From contig CAZMPN010000005.1 of the NCBI GenBank assembly GCA_964568395.1, positions 29,897 to 93,896 on the forward strand: 64,000 bases of DNA, given 5' to 3'. A program made the translations under genes and the position numbers. Under the pieces are notes generated by a model, which made no database searches, was not told the origin of the DNA, and saw only the letters and a program-made list of their open reading frames with translations. Numbering within the stretch: position 1 is the stretch's first letter; the number at the start of each line of letters is the position of its first letter. Below are positions 49,553 through 58,401 of the stretch, in pieces. Source of the DNA: an uncultured Helicobacter sp. (lineage in GTDB: Bacteria > Campylobacterota > Campylobacteria > Campylobacterales > UBA6016).

Positions 49553-50791
49553 CTACTTCAACTCATTAATATTTTCGCATACTTTCTGATATGCATTTAT
49601 AACATCTTGCATATCGTCTTTCGATATCGAAGATTTTGTAAAGTCATGCAAAAATAATTTATTGGCATACATATCCTCTACAATAGGTAGTTTTAAGTCG
49701 CAACCAAAAATTGGAAGTCTGTAGAGTGGTTTTGTGTATCCACACCAAACCTGAACGCCGTCGCTCTCATAGCCCTCAACCACGTCAAGCTCGGCGCAAA
49801 CCGCATCCACAAACCTCTCCCTTGTTACTCCGGCTTTCTCTTTTAAAAATCTAAACCCTTGAATATAATAAGCATGCGTACGGTCATTTCCAATAGTCGT
49901 TGTTTCTATAAAATCAAATTTCGTCAGAACGTCGTCGTATGTTTTTGCATACTCCTGCCTTAGAGAAAGCTCTTTATCTAATCTATCTTGAAGCTGGACA
50001 GAGGCTATTGCAGCCTGAACTTCAGTAATCCTAAAATTAAATCCGTAAATATTTTTCAAATCTAATCTACCCATGCCTTCCACTACCGCCTCAGAGTGAT
50101 TCCTTAAAAGCTGGAGCCTAATCGCAAGCTCATCATTGTCGGTTACGCAAACCCCTCCCTCTCCGGACTGTATATGTTTATGCACGTTTAGACTAAATAC
50201 ACCTATATCGCCTATAGTCCCGGCTTTTTTGCCTTTATATATAGCGCCCGGGGACTGTGAAGCATCCTCAATAACTTTAATATTATTTTCTTTCGCTACG
50301 GCCATTATCTCGTCCATATCTGCTGGGCAGCCAAAGATATGGACAACTATGATAGCTTTTGTTTTTGGCGTAATTTTACTTTTAATGCTCTCTGGAGTTA
50401 TATTGTAGTGATTAGGGTCTATGTCTGCGAATACAGGAACGGCACCCCACATTAAAGGCGCAGTTGCGGATACGGACATAGAATATGGGCTAACTATAAC
50501 TTCATCGCCATTTTTAATATCTAGCGCCCCAAGCGCTATTTGAATTGCAGATGAAGCCGAGTTTACAGACACGGAATGCTTGCAGCCGAAATATTTAGAC
50601 CACTTGGTTTCAAAATCCTGGACTTCAATTCCGCCATAAAACTGTTTTTCATCCCATGATCCTATAAAGCCGGATAGTACACCCCTGTCTAATACTCTGT
50701 TAGCGGCAGCTTTTTCTGCTTCACCTATCGTATTATATGCTTTAAATTTTCTTCTTCTAACGGCCTCGCCACCATTTATCGCCAATTTCAT
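49553..50791 (-). CDS. DegT/DnrJ/EryC1/StrS-family sugar aminotransferase (long form)
   Basis: 412 aa. NSASSAIQIALGALDIKNGDEVIVSPYSM, and putative PLP-lysine region FSLNVHKHIQSGEGG. Confidence 0.85.
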   Translation of the reverse strand: MKLAINGGEAVRRRKFKAYNTIGEAEKAAANRVLDRGVLSGFIGSWDEKQFYGGIEVQDFETKWSKYFGCKHSVSVNSASSAIQIALGALDIKNGDEVIVSPYSMSVSATAPLMWGAVPVFADIDPNHYNITPESIKSKITPKTKAIIVVHIFGCPADMDEIMAVAKENNIKVIEDASQSPGAIYKGKKAGTIGDIGVFSLNVHKHIQSGEGGVCVTDNDELAIRLQLLRNHSEAVVEGMGRLDLKNIYGFNFRITEVQAAIASVQLQDRLDKELSLRQEYAKTYDDVLTKFDFIETTTIGNDRTHAYYIQGFRFLKEKAGVTRERFVDAVCAELDVVEGYESDGVQVWCGYTKPLYRLPIFGCDLKLPIVEDMYANKLFLHDFTKSSISKDDMQDVINAYQKVCENINELK

Positions 50792-50792
50792 A

Positions 50793-51767
50793 TCAAACTC
50801 CCTTCAATTCAGAAAAACTTCTTATTTTTATGATTTCTTTATGCGGAAAGACTATTCTTTTTGTGCCATACTCCGGTACAAAACTATAGGTAGCTTTTCC
50901 AAGCATTTGAGATATTACGAGGCCAGCGCTTTCTATTCCGAAAACTATCCTTGAGTTCATAATCTGCCGCACTAACTCAGTTTTTCCGTCGACGACAATC
51001 TCTATATCGTTATCGTATCTTATTTTATTCAAAATATTCTCCGCAAAAACCTGTTCGACATGGTTTGGATGAAATCTAACAACTATCTTCGAAATACCTA
51101 TATTCTTAAGCAAATCAATACTATTCATCATTTCCGTAAACACATCAAACTCGTCAAAGTTGTATATTTTAAGACCATTATTTAATTTTTTATTATCGTC
51201 CGACAGAGGATCCGCAATATACAATAGAGTATTATTGTGATTGCTCGATTCAAGTCTGCTCGCACACTCAAGTATATCCCTGTAATACTCATTCTCTATA
51301 TAGATAACTTTTTCACCGTAAAGTTTCTCGGCAATGCCAAAAGCATATTTATCGCCAACGAATATGTGCTTTGGCATATAATCCGGATAGCTACTTTTAG
51401 AATCAACCCCACTGTGCGGTATATAAAAATTATCAAAATTTACCCAGTGATCCAAAAATACGCCATTATCTATTCCGTATTTATTTGCCATTAATATGGC
51501 TTCTCTCTCGAAATCAGGAACTAGGCTTCTGCCCGCGAGCACAAAGTCGCCCGCCCCTAAACTGCTTATTTCATCAAAATTATTTTTAATTTCTATCTCG
51601 CCAACTTTGTCTTTAAAGATATTTTTAGCTGGCCCGTCCAAGCAAAAACTTATATCTTGATAGAATATTTTATTTTTAACCAGAGAAGAAATAATTTGCG
51701 CAGCGCCGGCTTCATAGCATACGACTACTAGCTTTTTAACTCCATTTTTAAATGGATATGGAAGCAT
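50793..51767 (-). CDS. hypothetical protein (no recognisable family)
   Basis: 324 aa intact ORF, tightly packed between an aminotransferase (1-nt gap) and an oxidoreductase (20-nt overlap). Alternating beta/alpha-like pattern but no motif I can name. Confidence 0.5.
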   Translation of the reverse strand: MLPYPFKNGVKKLVVVCYEAGAAQIISSLVKNKIFYQDISFCLDGPAKNIFKDKVGEIEIKNNFDEISSLGAGDFVLAGRSLVPDFEREAILMANKYGIDNGVFLDHWVNFDNFYIPHSGVDSKSSYPDYMPKHIFVGDKYAFGIAEKLYGEKVIYIENEYYRDILECASRLESSNHNNTLLYIADPLSDDNKKLNNGLKIYNFDEFDVFTEMMNSIDLLKNIGISKIVVRFHPNHVEQVFAENILNKIRYDNDIEIVVDGKTELVRQIMNSRIVFGIESAGLVISQMLGKATYSFVPEYGTKRIVFPHKEIIKIRSFSELKGV

Positions 51768-52704
51768 TTTTTATATACTCACAAATTTCAGTAGTAGCCA
51801 CGGCATCTTCAACGTCGCAATATTCATCTTCGCGCAAAAGCATACCCTCTACATGCTCCACAACATGTTTCATATATACGTTCATCTGAGGATATCTAAT
51901 GTTATCGGCTTCTTTTAATGTTTTTAGCTCCGGGAAAAGCGGGTCTTGAACAGATTCAAAAAATTTTGCCTTAAACCCCCAATCATATATACAATATCTT
52001 TTCCTATTACATACAATATCCAATTCTCCAAGCGAATAGTCAATATTTTTATGCGTTACAAAATACACACTAAAACCGTCATACTTCATTATAAAATGTG
52101 CCGCATAATCATTATCAGTTTTTTGTCTATCTAAAACAATAACGGAAGAAGGTTTTTTGAAAAAAAATAGCATTAGATTAATAAAATGCGACGCATTGGT
52201 AAATAACCCGTTAGTATAGTGCACTATAACACTAGATACATCGCCAGCACTAAAAAGACTATTTTTTAGCTCCACAAAGCAAGGCTCAACACGCCGCATA
52301 TAATTTATATATAATTTAATTCCGTTCGCAGCAGCTATGCTTTTTATCTTAAGAGCTTCTTCAACACTGGACGATATAGGCTTTTCAACAATAACGAGTT
52401 TAGGCTTGAACTTTAAAATATCCAAAAATACAGGCAGTCTAACATGTGTCGGGGTGCATATCGAGATGACATCTACAGAGTTGCAATAATTAAAAGCATC
52501 ATCAATATTGGCAAAAGCTTTCTTGCCAGAAAAAATCTCAAATTCATCTCTTCTGTTTTTTTCACTGTCCACACCGCCTACAAGATCAAAAGAGGCGTTG
52601 TTTAAAAATGCCTTAGTATGCGAGAATATCTCATCTTCACTACCGCTCAAATCAAAACCGAGAGCTATTTTACCAAGTCCGACAATTAAGACTTTGTGCT
52701 TCAT
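51748..52704 (-). CDS. Gfo/Idh/MocA-family NAD(P)-dependent sugar oxidoreductase
   Basis: 318 aa. KVLIVGLGKIALGF Rossmann and EKP motif (VIVEKPIS). Confidence 0.75.
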   Translation of the reverse strand: MKHKVLIVGLGKIALGFDLSGSEDEIFSHTKAFLNNASFDLVGGVDSEKNRRDEFEIFSGKKAFANIDDAFNYCNSVDVISICTPTHVRLPVFLDILKFKPKLVIVEKPISSSVEEALKIKSIAAANGIKLYINYMRRVEPCFVELKNSLFSAGDVSSVIVHYTNGLFTNASHFINLMLFFFKKPSSVIVLDRQKTDNDYAAHFIMKYDGFSVYFVTHKNIDYSLGELDIVCNRKRYCIYDWGFKAKFFESVQDPLFPELKTLKEADNIRYPQMNVYMKHVVEHVEGMLLREDEYCDVEDAVATTEICEYIKNASISI

Positions 52705-53408
52705 AAAGCACCCGTTCGTCTTAACTCTTCGACTAAGTCATGGCTATTAAAATTAGGATTTTTATCATGTAGTTTAGGCAAAATCGATTTTATGAACCTT
52801 AAATCCTCAGGGGTATCAAGCGTCAATCTTAAATCGGGATATCTTAGCGAGTCTGGCGGCAGAAGTGTTAAATGACTATATTGGTCAGGCCTATTTCTAA
52901 AATACCAGCTAACATGCTCTCTGTCGTCAGATGTTTGCCCAAGCCTATCGGCTTCCTCTAGAAGGTCAACGCTAAAAACCTGCACATCCAAACCGTCTGG
53001 ATAGCCGTTAGGTTCAAAGTTTTTTGCATAATCGCATTTGTTATATATATAAAGCCCAACTACCTGCGATATAATATCCGGATCTACGAAAGGACAGTCT
53101 CCGTGCAGCTCAACTACAACATCGGCATTATAACTTTTTGCCGCTCCAAGCACCCTGCCCAACACATCATCTTCTGACCCTCTAAAACAACCAACGCCGA
53201 TTTTATTCGCCAATTCTTCTATAGGGTCATCTGTTCTGTTTGTTGTCGTCGCAAATACCACCTCGTCAACCATAGAGGATCTGCGTATTCTATTTGCTAT
53301 ATATTCTAAGAAGCTTACACCGTCTACGGCTTCCATAAGAACTTTGCCAGGAAGCCTCGTAGATGTCATTCTGCACTCTATGGTTGCAACAACCTTTTTA
53401 GCTTGCAT
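52701..53408 (-). CDS. SpsF/FlmC-type cytidylyltransferase (CMP-nonulosonate synthetase-like)
   Basis: 235 aa. ATIECRMTSTRLPGKVL N-terminus is typical of the CTP_transf_3 SpsF subgroup. Confidence 0.75.
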   Translation of the reverse strand: MQAKKVVATIECRMTSTRLPGKVLMEAVDGVSFLEYIANRIRRSSMVDEVVFATTTNRTDDPIEELANKIGVGCFRGSEDDVLGRVLGAAKSYNADVVVELHGDCPFVDPDIISQVVGLYIYNKCDYAKNFEPNGYPDGLDVQVFSVDLLEEADRLGQTSDDREHVSWYFRNRPDQYSHLTLLPPDSLRYPDLRLTLDTPEDLRFIKSILPKLHDKNPNFNSHDLVEELRRTGAL

Positions 53409-53410
53409 AA

Positions 53411-54355
53411 CTATATAAGGCCTTTGTCTTTATAGAAAGTTACCCTGCTATAAAAATTATAATCTAGATCCAAAATATGCACATATTCGAGCATTTTGAT
53501 ACTTTCATTGTGCCATCTGATAAAGAAATTCAAAACATCGTCCGAATTATCTTTTGGAAAATCAATATTTTTATCATTAACTTTCTTTGCAATAATATTT
53601 ACTATTTCTTGATCCCAATAGTTGTTAGTTTTAACCACTTTAAACCCGCACTTATTCAAAAAGCCCTGAAGACTTTTGATGCTAAAAAGATATGGGTGAA
53701 CATCGCCCGGCTGTTTGCCAAAATACAATCCCATGGGCTTTGTAAATGGCAGCAGGACTCTTGCACTCATTTGCAAATAGACGTATCCATCATCATTCAA
53801 ACATGCCCATGCCGCTTCCAGCATATCCGTAGCAGATTGAGAATTTTGCAATGTCCATAGTATTGTTGCTATATCTGCGTTTGGTCTTGCATTGTTAGCA
53901 ATAATCTCATTTTGATAATAATCCTCTATTGTTCCGAGATAGTTATCTATGCCATTTTTCAGCATCAAATCATGGTTTGTCTTAGACGATTCAACCCCTT
54001 TAACTTCGGCGCCATATTTACGTATCATTTCCAAAAACTGTCCATCACCAGCGCCTATATCGATAACCTTTTTGCCTGACAATCCCAAATGTAAATCCAA
54101 AAATTCAGCCGCATAGGTGTGTCTTGCTTTGAAATAAGGATTTCTGGCAACATAGTTACCTTTATTAAACATCTCCTCTTCCCAATATTTTGCAAGCTCT
54201 TCCGGTGTTCTTCTATATTTAAAGTAAACAAGACCGCAACCTTTGCAAACGTGATACGGCACACCACCTGTATATTTTCTTATATACGGCAACTCAACAG
54301 CCTCATCGTGCCCACATAGCTCGCACTGCAATATTTCTTTACCAAATTCGCTCAT
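53411..54355 (-). CDS. SAM methyltransferase with N-terminal Cys4 zinc ribbon
   Basis: 314 aa. CELCG...CKGCG ribbon and motif I VIDIGAGDGQFLEMI. Confidence 0.7.
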   Translation of the reverse strand: MSEFGKEILQCELCGHDEAVELPYIRKYTGGVPYHVCKGCGLVYFKYRRTPEELAKYWEEEMFNKGNYVARNPYFKARHTYAAEFLDLHLGLSGKKVIDIGAGDGQFLEMIRKYGAEVKGVESSKTNHDLMLKNGIDNYLGTIEDYYQNEIIANNARPNADIATILWTLQNSQSATDMLEAAWACLNDDGYVYLQMSARVLLPFTKPMGLYFGKQPGDVHPYLFSIKSLQGFLNKCGFKVVKTNNYWDQEIVNIIAKKVNDKNIDFPKDNSDDVLNFFIRWHNESIKMLEYVHILDLDYNFYSRVTFYKDKGLI

Positions 54356-55113
54356 TCTCTCACCTCTACTTTTTTATTCTTCAAATACTGTTTTGCGCTT
54401 TTAATGCTTGATTCCGTAAAATGGAATATATTGGTCGTGCATGCAGCATCTGCCCCACAATTAAAAGCATCGGCAAAATGCTGCCAACTCCCCGCGCCTC
54501 CACACACAACCAAAGGTATATTAATTTTACAAGACGATGTTTTTATCATCTCAAGATCATACCCATCCAGCATACCGTCTTTATCTATAGAGTTTAAAAA
54601 TATCTCGCCAGCCCCATGCTGTTCAGCTTTTTGAATCCACTCAACAAGATTAGTTCCGGTATTGGTTTTTCCGTCATTAATAAAAACAACATATTCATTA
54701 TCAAGCTTTTTAACGTCTATCGAAACAACTACGCATTGAGAACCATATTTTTGGGCAATTTCAGTTATAAGACCTGGGTTTGCAAAAGCATTAGAATTAA
54801 TAACTATCTTATCGGCACCGTTTTTCAGATATTTTTCCGCATCTTCTATGTTTGCCACTCTACCACCAACACTAAGGGGAACGAAACAATTTTTAGATAT
54901 TTTGCGGACAACGGTCAAGAAATCTTCAAACTCTTGCTTATTCTCATCTTCTCTAGAAATATCAAGCATCACAATTTCGTCTACCGACCATGTATCTATG
55001 AAGTTATGCGTATATATATTGTTTGGAACAAAATTTCTAGTTCTATACAAAACCCCTTTATTAAAAAGAAGGGCAATTACAACTCTTTTTTTTAACACCT
55101 CAGCACATTCCAA
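54352..55113 (-). CDS. HisF-like imidazole glycerol phosphate synthase cyclase-subunit paralog (WbuZ / Cj1314c-like)
   Basis: 253 aa TIM-barrel pattern: PLSVGGRV, GADKIVINSNAF, VVVSIDVKK, GAGEIFLNSIDKDGMLDGYDLEMI, PLVVCGGAGS. Confidence 0.85.
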   Translation of the reverse strand: MECAEVLKKRVVIALLFNKGVLYRTRNFVPNNIYTHNFIDTWSVDEIVMLDISREDENKQEFEDFLTVVRKISKNCFVPLSVGGRVANIEDAEKYLKNGADKIVINSNAFANPGLITEIAQKYGSQCVVVSIDVKKLDNEYVVFINDGKTNTGTNLVEWIQKAEQHGAGEIFLNSIDKDGMLDGYDLEMIKTSSCKINIPLVVCGGAGSWQHFADAFNCGADAACTTNIFHFTESSIKSAKQYLKNKKVEVRE

Positions 55114-55720
55114 TAAAGTTTTCTAAGATTTTCAATCCGTCTCTTTGGCTTTTCTCTGGGTGAAACTGTAACCCAACTATATTGTCCTTTCTTATACCTG
55201 CAACAAAATCTATCCCATATGAAGAACTTGCTATTGCATTATCCTTGTTTGATGGCACAAAATGGTAACTGTGGACGAAATATACTATTGGCTTTTGAAG
55301 ATTTTGAAAAACTGGATCACGCTCATCCACGCTCAACTCATTCCAGCCCATATGTATTTTGCGCATCTTGCCTCCGAAATCACCAAAAGGCTCCACGCTT
55401 CCGCCAATAAGCCCGAGGCCGTCATGCTCTCCGAATTCATAGCTCTTTGAGGCCAAAAGCTGCATACCAAGGCATATTCCAAGAAACGGTTTTTTGAGCT
55501 TATTGGCATATTCTTGAATTGTATCGGTAAGCCCAAATTCTCGTAAATTTTTCATGCCGTCACCGAACGCTCCAACACCAGGGAGAATGGCGCCGCTTGA
55601 AGCAAAAATCTCATCTTTGTTTCTTGTCAAAATTGCACTATGCCCTATTTTTTCGATAGCGCCAATAACCGATGCGACATTTCCGATTCCATAATCTATA
55701 ACTGCTATTTGTTTTTGCAT
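55100..55720 (-). CDS. HisH-like class I glutamine amidotransferase paralog (WbuY / Cj1315c-like)
   Basis: 206 aa. IAVIDYGIGN, nucleophile elbow GICLGMQLL, and FHPEKS. Confidence 0.85.
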   Translation of the reverse strand: MQKQIAVIDYGIGNVASVIGAIEKIGHSAILTRNKDEIFASSGAILPGVGAFGDGMKNLREFGLTDTIQEYANKLKKPFLGICLGMQLLASKSYEFGEHDGLGLIGGSVEPFGDFGGKMRKIHMGWNELSVDERDPVFQNLQKPIVYFVHSYHFVPSNKDNAIASSSYGIDFVAGIRKDNIVGLQFHPEKSQRDGLKILENFIGMC

Positions 55721-55726
55721 TTGTGT

Positions 55727-56836
55727 TTAAAGCGGACTTCTAAGTTTCCATCGACCATTATCTAAATGCCAAAGCTCTTTATTTCTGTGCTTATCGACAA
55801 TATCATCAAATTCTGCTTCGGTCAAACTTAGATACTCTAGTACTTCCTTCAGGTGTCGCCTAGGAAACTCGCCGTCATATTTTCTGCAAAGTTCCAACCC
55901 TTCCTCTCTATCCAAATGCCCATTTTGTATCATTCTGCTGGCATCCCTAATAGCCCTGCCGAAACCAAACTTTACATACTGCATATAGTAATACAAATCG
56001 TCGATTTTATCATCAAGACTATCATGTCTTGTAAAAGTACCTTCGGATCTACCGCACGGACTCTCTTGAAAATCTATATGTTTTTTTACATACTCATAGT
56101 TAGACCATTGATCCCACTTGAAAAAATAACTCATATATACAGCTTTAACGCCGGCTTTTTGCACATCCTCCAAATCAGGATAAATATAGTGATTCAAGTC
56201 TTTCTCGCTAACCACATCATCAACCCAATTTCTAGGATCATCGCCTATCATATTTTCCAAAACTTCCGAAAAATCCCTTATCATATCTGATTTATCGTGC
56301 AGTTTATTGCCGCCGTATTCCGTTTCGCCATGCTCAGAGTAAAATACAAGAGGTATTTTATAGTTTGTGGCAACCCTAATAAGAGGACAATTAACGCCTG
56401 CATCCCAGTGAACCTTAGGGTTGCCTCTTTCTATGAAAAATCTCCTGGCGAGATGTCTAGAAACTTTAATATTTGTTGCGATAAACACGCTATCAAATCC
56501 ATGTTCAAGCAAAATACGCCTATTGTGCTCCCCAACCTCGGTTGGCATAAGAGGATTGAACGTTACGAGCAAAGGATTCATATTATATTCTGTTTTTAGC
56601 TTTATAGCATTGGCGGTGCTATCCTTCCCTCCGCTCCACGGAATAATACAATCCCAATATCCATCATCCCTTCTATGCGCATCCAATAGCGCCTTAAGTT
56701 CATTTTCTCTTTCTTGCCAGTCTATAATTTTATTTTTCATTGTTTCAGCATAATTGCAAGCATTACAAACGCCGTTTTCATCAAAAACAACTCTTGGCCT
56801 AGTGTTTGGCATAAGGCACTTTTTACAATATTTCAT
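55727..56836 (-). CDS. N-acetyl sugar amidotransferase, PP-loop ATPase (WbuX / WbpG / PseA-like)
   Basis: 369 aa. MKYCKKCLMPNTRPRVVFDENGVCNACNY zinc-ribbon N-terminus and PP-loop PWSGGKDS. Confidence 0.85.
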   Translation of the reverse strand: MKYCKKCLMPNTRPRVVFDENGVCNACNYAETMKNKIIDWQERENELKALLDAHRRDDGYWDCIIPWSGGKDSTANAIKLKTEYNMNPLLVTFNPLMPTEVGEHNRRILLEHGFDSVFIATNIKVSRHLARRFFIERGNPKVHWDAGVNCPLIRVATNYKIPLVFYSEHGETEYGGNKLHDKSDMIRDFSEVLENMIGDDPRNWVDDVVSEKDLNHYIYPDLEDVQKAGVKAVYMSYFFKWDQWSNYEYVKKHIDFQESPCGRSEGTFTRHDSLDDKIDDLYYYMQYVKFGFGRAIRDASRMIQNGHLDREEGLELCRKYDGEFPRRHLKEVLEYLSLTEAEFDDIVDKHRNKELWHLDNGRWKLRSPL

Positions 56837-56888
56837 ATTACTCGTCTTTGTTTTTTTAATTATAAAAGTATTAAATTATATAGCATCG
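56837..56888 (-). promoter_or_regulatory. 52-nt AT-rich gap with minus-strand TATAAT (56880..56875); candidate internal promoter for the amidotransferase module
   Basis: The minus strand reads GCGATGCTATATAATTTAATACTTTTATAATTAAAAAAACAAAGACGAGTAAT then ATG. The TATAAT lies about 39 nt upstream of the start. Sequence only. Confidence 0.25.
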
Positions 56889-57728
56889 CTACTTATTTAT
56901 ACAGAACTCGACAGCCCTAATTTTCATATCAATCGTATCAAAAACAATATCTTCTTTTTTAAGTCTAGATTCGTCAAATACAATTTCTGCTTTCCAAATA
57001 ACAATTTTACTGCCATCTGGCAAATACGCAAATGCTCCAGGATAAGGCTTTGTAAGGGCTCTTATAAAGTTATATACGTCCAGTGCGCTTCTTTTAAAAT
57101 CTATCTCGCCGTCAGCAGGCGTTCGTTTCGGATAGGCAGGGTAATTTCTTGATGGGTTGTGAAGTCTTAATGCGGTACCGTTTGCAATTTTTGGCAAAAA
57201 TTCCACTATAAGGTCCGCACCCGCTTTGGCTGATTTTTTATAAACCGTATTGCAATCATCATTCAGCATGATAGGAAAGGCTTTTTGCGCGATTATATCT
57301 CCAGCATCTGCATCTTCGGTTAGATAAAACATTGTTATTCCTGTTTCTTTCTCCCCGGCTATAATAGCCCAATTTACAGGCGCCCTGCCTCTATATTTCG
57401 GGAGTAACGATGAATGAAAACCTATGGTTCCAAGCTTTGGAATATCAAGTATCTCTTTACAAACAAGTCTTTGCCATCCGCATACTATTATTAAATCAGG
57501 ATTGATAGATTTTATTTTTTCTATATATTCAGGCTCATTGAGATTCTTTACTCTTACCAGTGTGCTTTCGTGAGCATTAGCCAGAGGCTCAAAGTCTATA
57601 AAACCGGATGTCTGTTCTTTTTTATCAAAATCTAGCGTGAATATCGCATCAACGGCAAATCCTGCATCATAGACGGCCTCCAAAACTGTATACCCTATCT
57701 CAACGGAACCTATAAAAACCAACTTCAA
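56889..57728 (-). CDS. formyltransferase (Fmt/ArnA N-domain-like sugar N-formyltransferase)
   Basis: 279 aa. HSSLLPKYRGRAPVNWAI folate-dependent formyltransferase signature. Shorter than housekeeping Fmt and embedded in the sugar pathway. Confidence 0.8.
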   Translation of the reverse strand: MKLVFIGSVEIGYTVLEAVYDAGFAVDAIFTLDFDKKEQTSGFIDFEPLANAHESTLVRVKNLNEPEYIEKIKSINPDLIIVCGWQRLVCKEILDIPKLGTIGFHSSLLPKYRGRAPVNWAIIAGEKETGITMFYLTEDADAGDIIAQKAFPIMLNDDCNTVYKKSAKAGADLIVEFLPKIANGTALRLHNPSRNYPAYPKRTPADGEIDFKRSALDVYNFIRALTKPYPGAFAYLPDGSKIVIWKAEIVFDESRLKKEDIVFDTIDMKIRAVEFCINK

Positions 57729-57729
57729 T

Positions 57730-58401
57730 TTATAAGCTCCCTACACCTATTTTTCTGACCAGCTTAAAAGGCTCCGCGTATTCAACGCCTACGGTTAATC
57801 CCCAATAGTTTGCATGCACTCTTAGAGCCTCGGGGCTTCTTGGATGCGGGTAAGGCCTGCATTCGCTGGGATATCTTTTCATAGCTTCTATTTTGGCGTC
57901 AATCTCATCTTTTATATCCACAAAAATATTAGGCACAAACATTTTTGCCAAATCCGTCATATTCCATTCGGTAGACGATGGCACATTATACGAATACACC
58001 TCTTTCACTACTTGGCCAACTATCGGTCTTGTAGCAGTAAAAGTCGCTTCGGCGAGTATCTGATGGTCCTTGTTTAGATCGTTTGCAAAATGCGTAAAAA
58101 CTCTATGCGGCTTCAGGCTTGCAATATATGCTTCGATGGACTGAATAATATTACTCAAAGGTATGGTTTCCAGTTTTTGGTTTGGAAAGCTCTCAAAAAA
58201 AAGCTCTTTAGTACCAATTAACCTATTCGCATCTTTCGCATTCTGCCTAAGCTTCTCTTCCATATCTCCTGAGTATCTACCGTCGGCACCCCCAGTCATT
58301 ATTACTACAAAAAAATCCTCTCTAGAGGATAGTTTTTTTATAATGCCGCCGCAGCCAAGTATTTCATCGTCAGGATGCGCCGCTATAATTAAATTAGTCA
58401 T
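57730..58401 (-). CDS. PIG-L/LmbE-family N-deacetylase
   Basis: 223 aa. IAAHPDDEILGCGG signature at the N-terminus and a later HxxH-type region (DLNKDHQIL). Confidence 0.85.
   Translation of the reverse strand: MTNLIIAAHPDDEILGCGGIIKKLSSREDFFVVIMTGGADGRYSGDMEEKLRQNAKDANRLIGTKELFFESFPNQKLETIPLSNIIQSIEAYIASLKPHRVFTHFANDLNKDHQILAEATFTATRPIVGQVVKEVYSYNVPSSTEWNMTDLAKMFVPNIFVDIKDEIDAKIEAMKRYPSECRPYPHPRSPEALRVHANYWGLTVGVEYAEPFKLVRKIGVGSL

Noticed and set aside
54352-55720. hisH/hisF as genuine histidine-biosynthesis genes.
   Set aside because: No other his genes are adjacent. They are translationally coupled to a WbuX/PseA-type amidotransferase and a methyltransferase, matching the known glycan-associated HisH/HisF paralog arrangement.
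56889-57728. Housekeeping methionyl-tRNA formyltransferase (fmt).
   Set aside because: At 279 aa it seems too short to include the full C-terminal tRNA-binding domain. It is embedded between a PIG-L deacetylase and sugar amidotransferase genes. A sugar N-formyltransferase is more parsimonious, though only a genome-wide search for another fmt can settle it.
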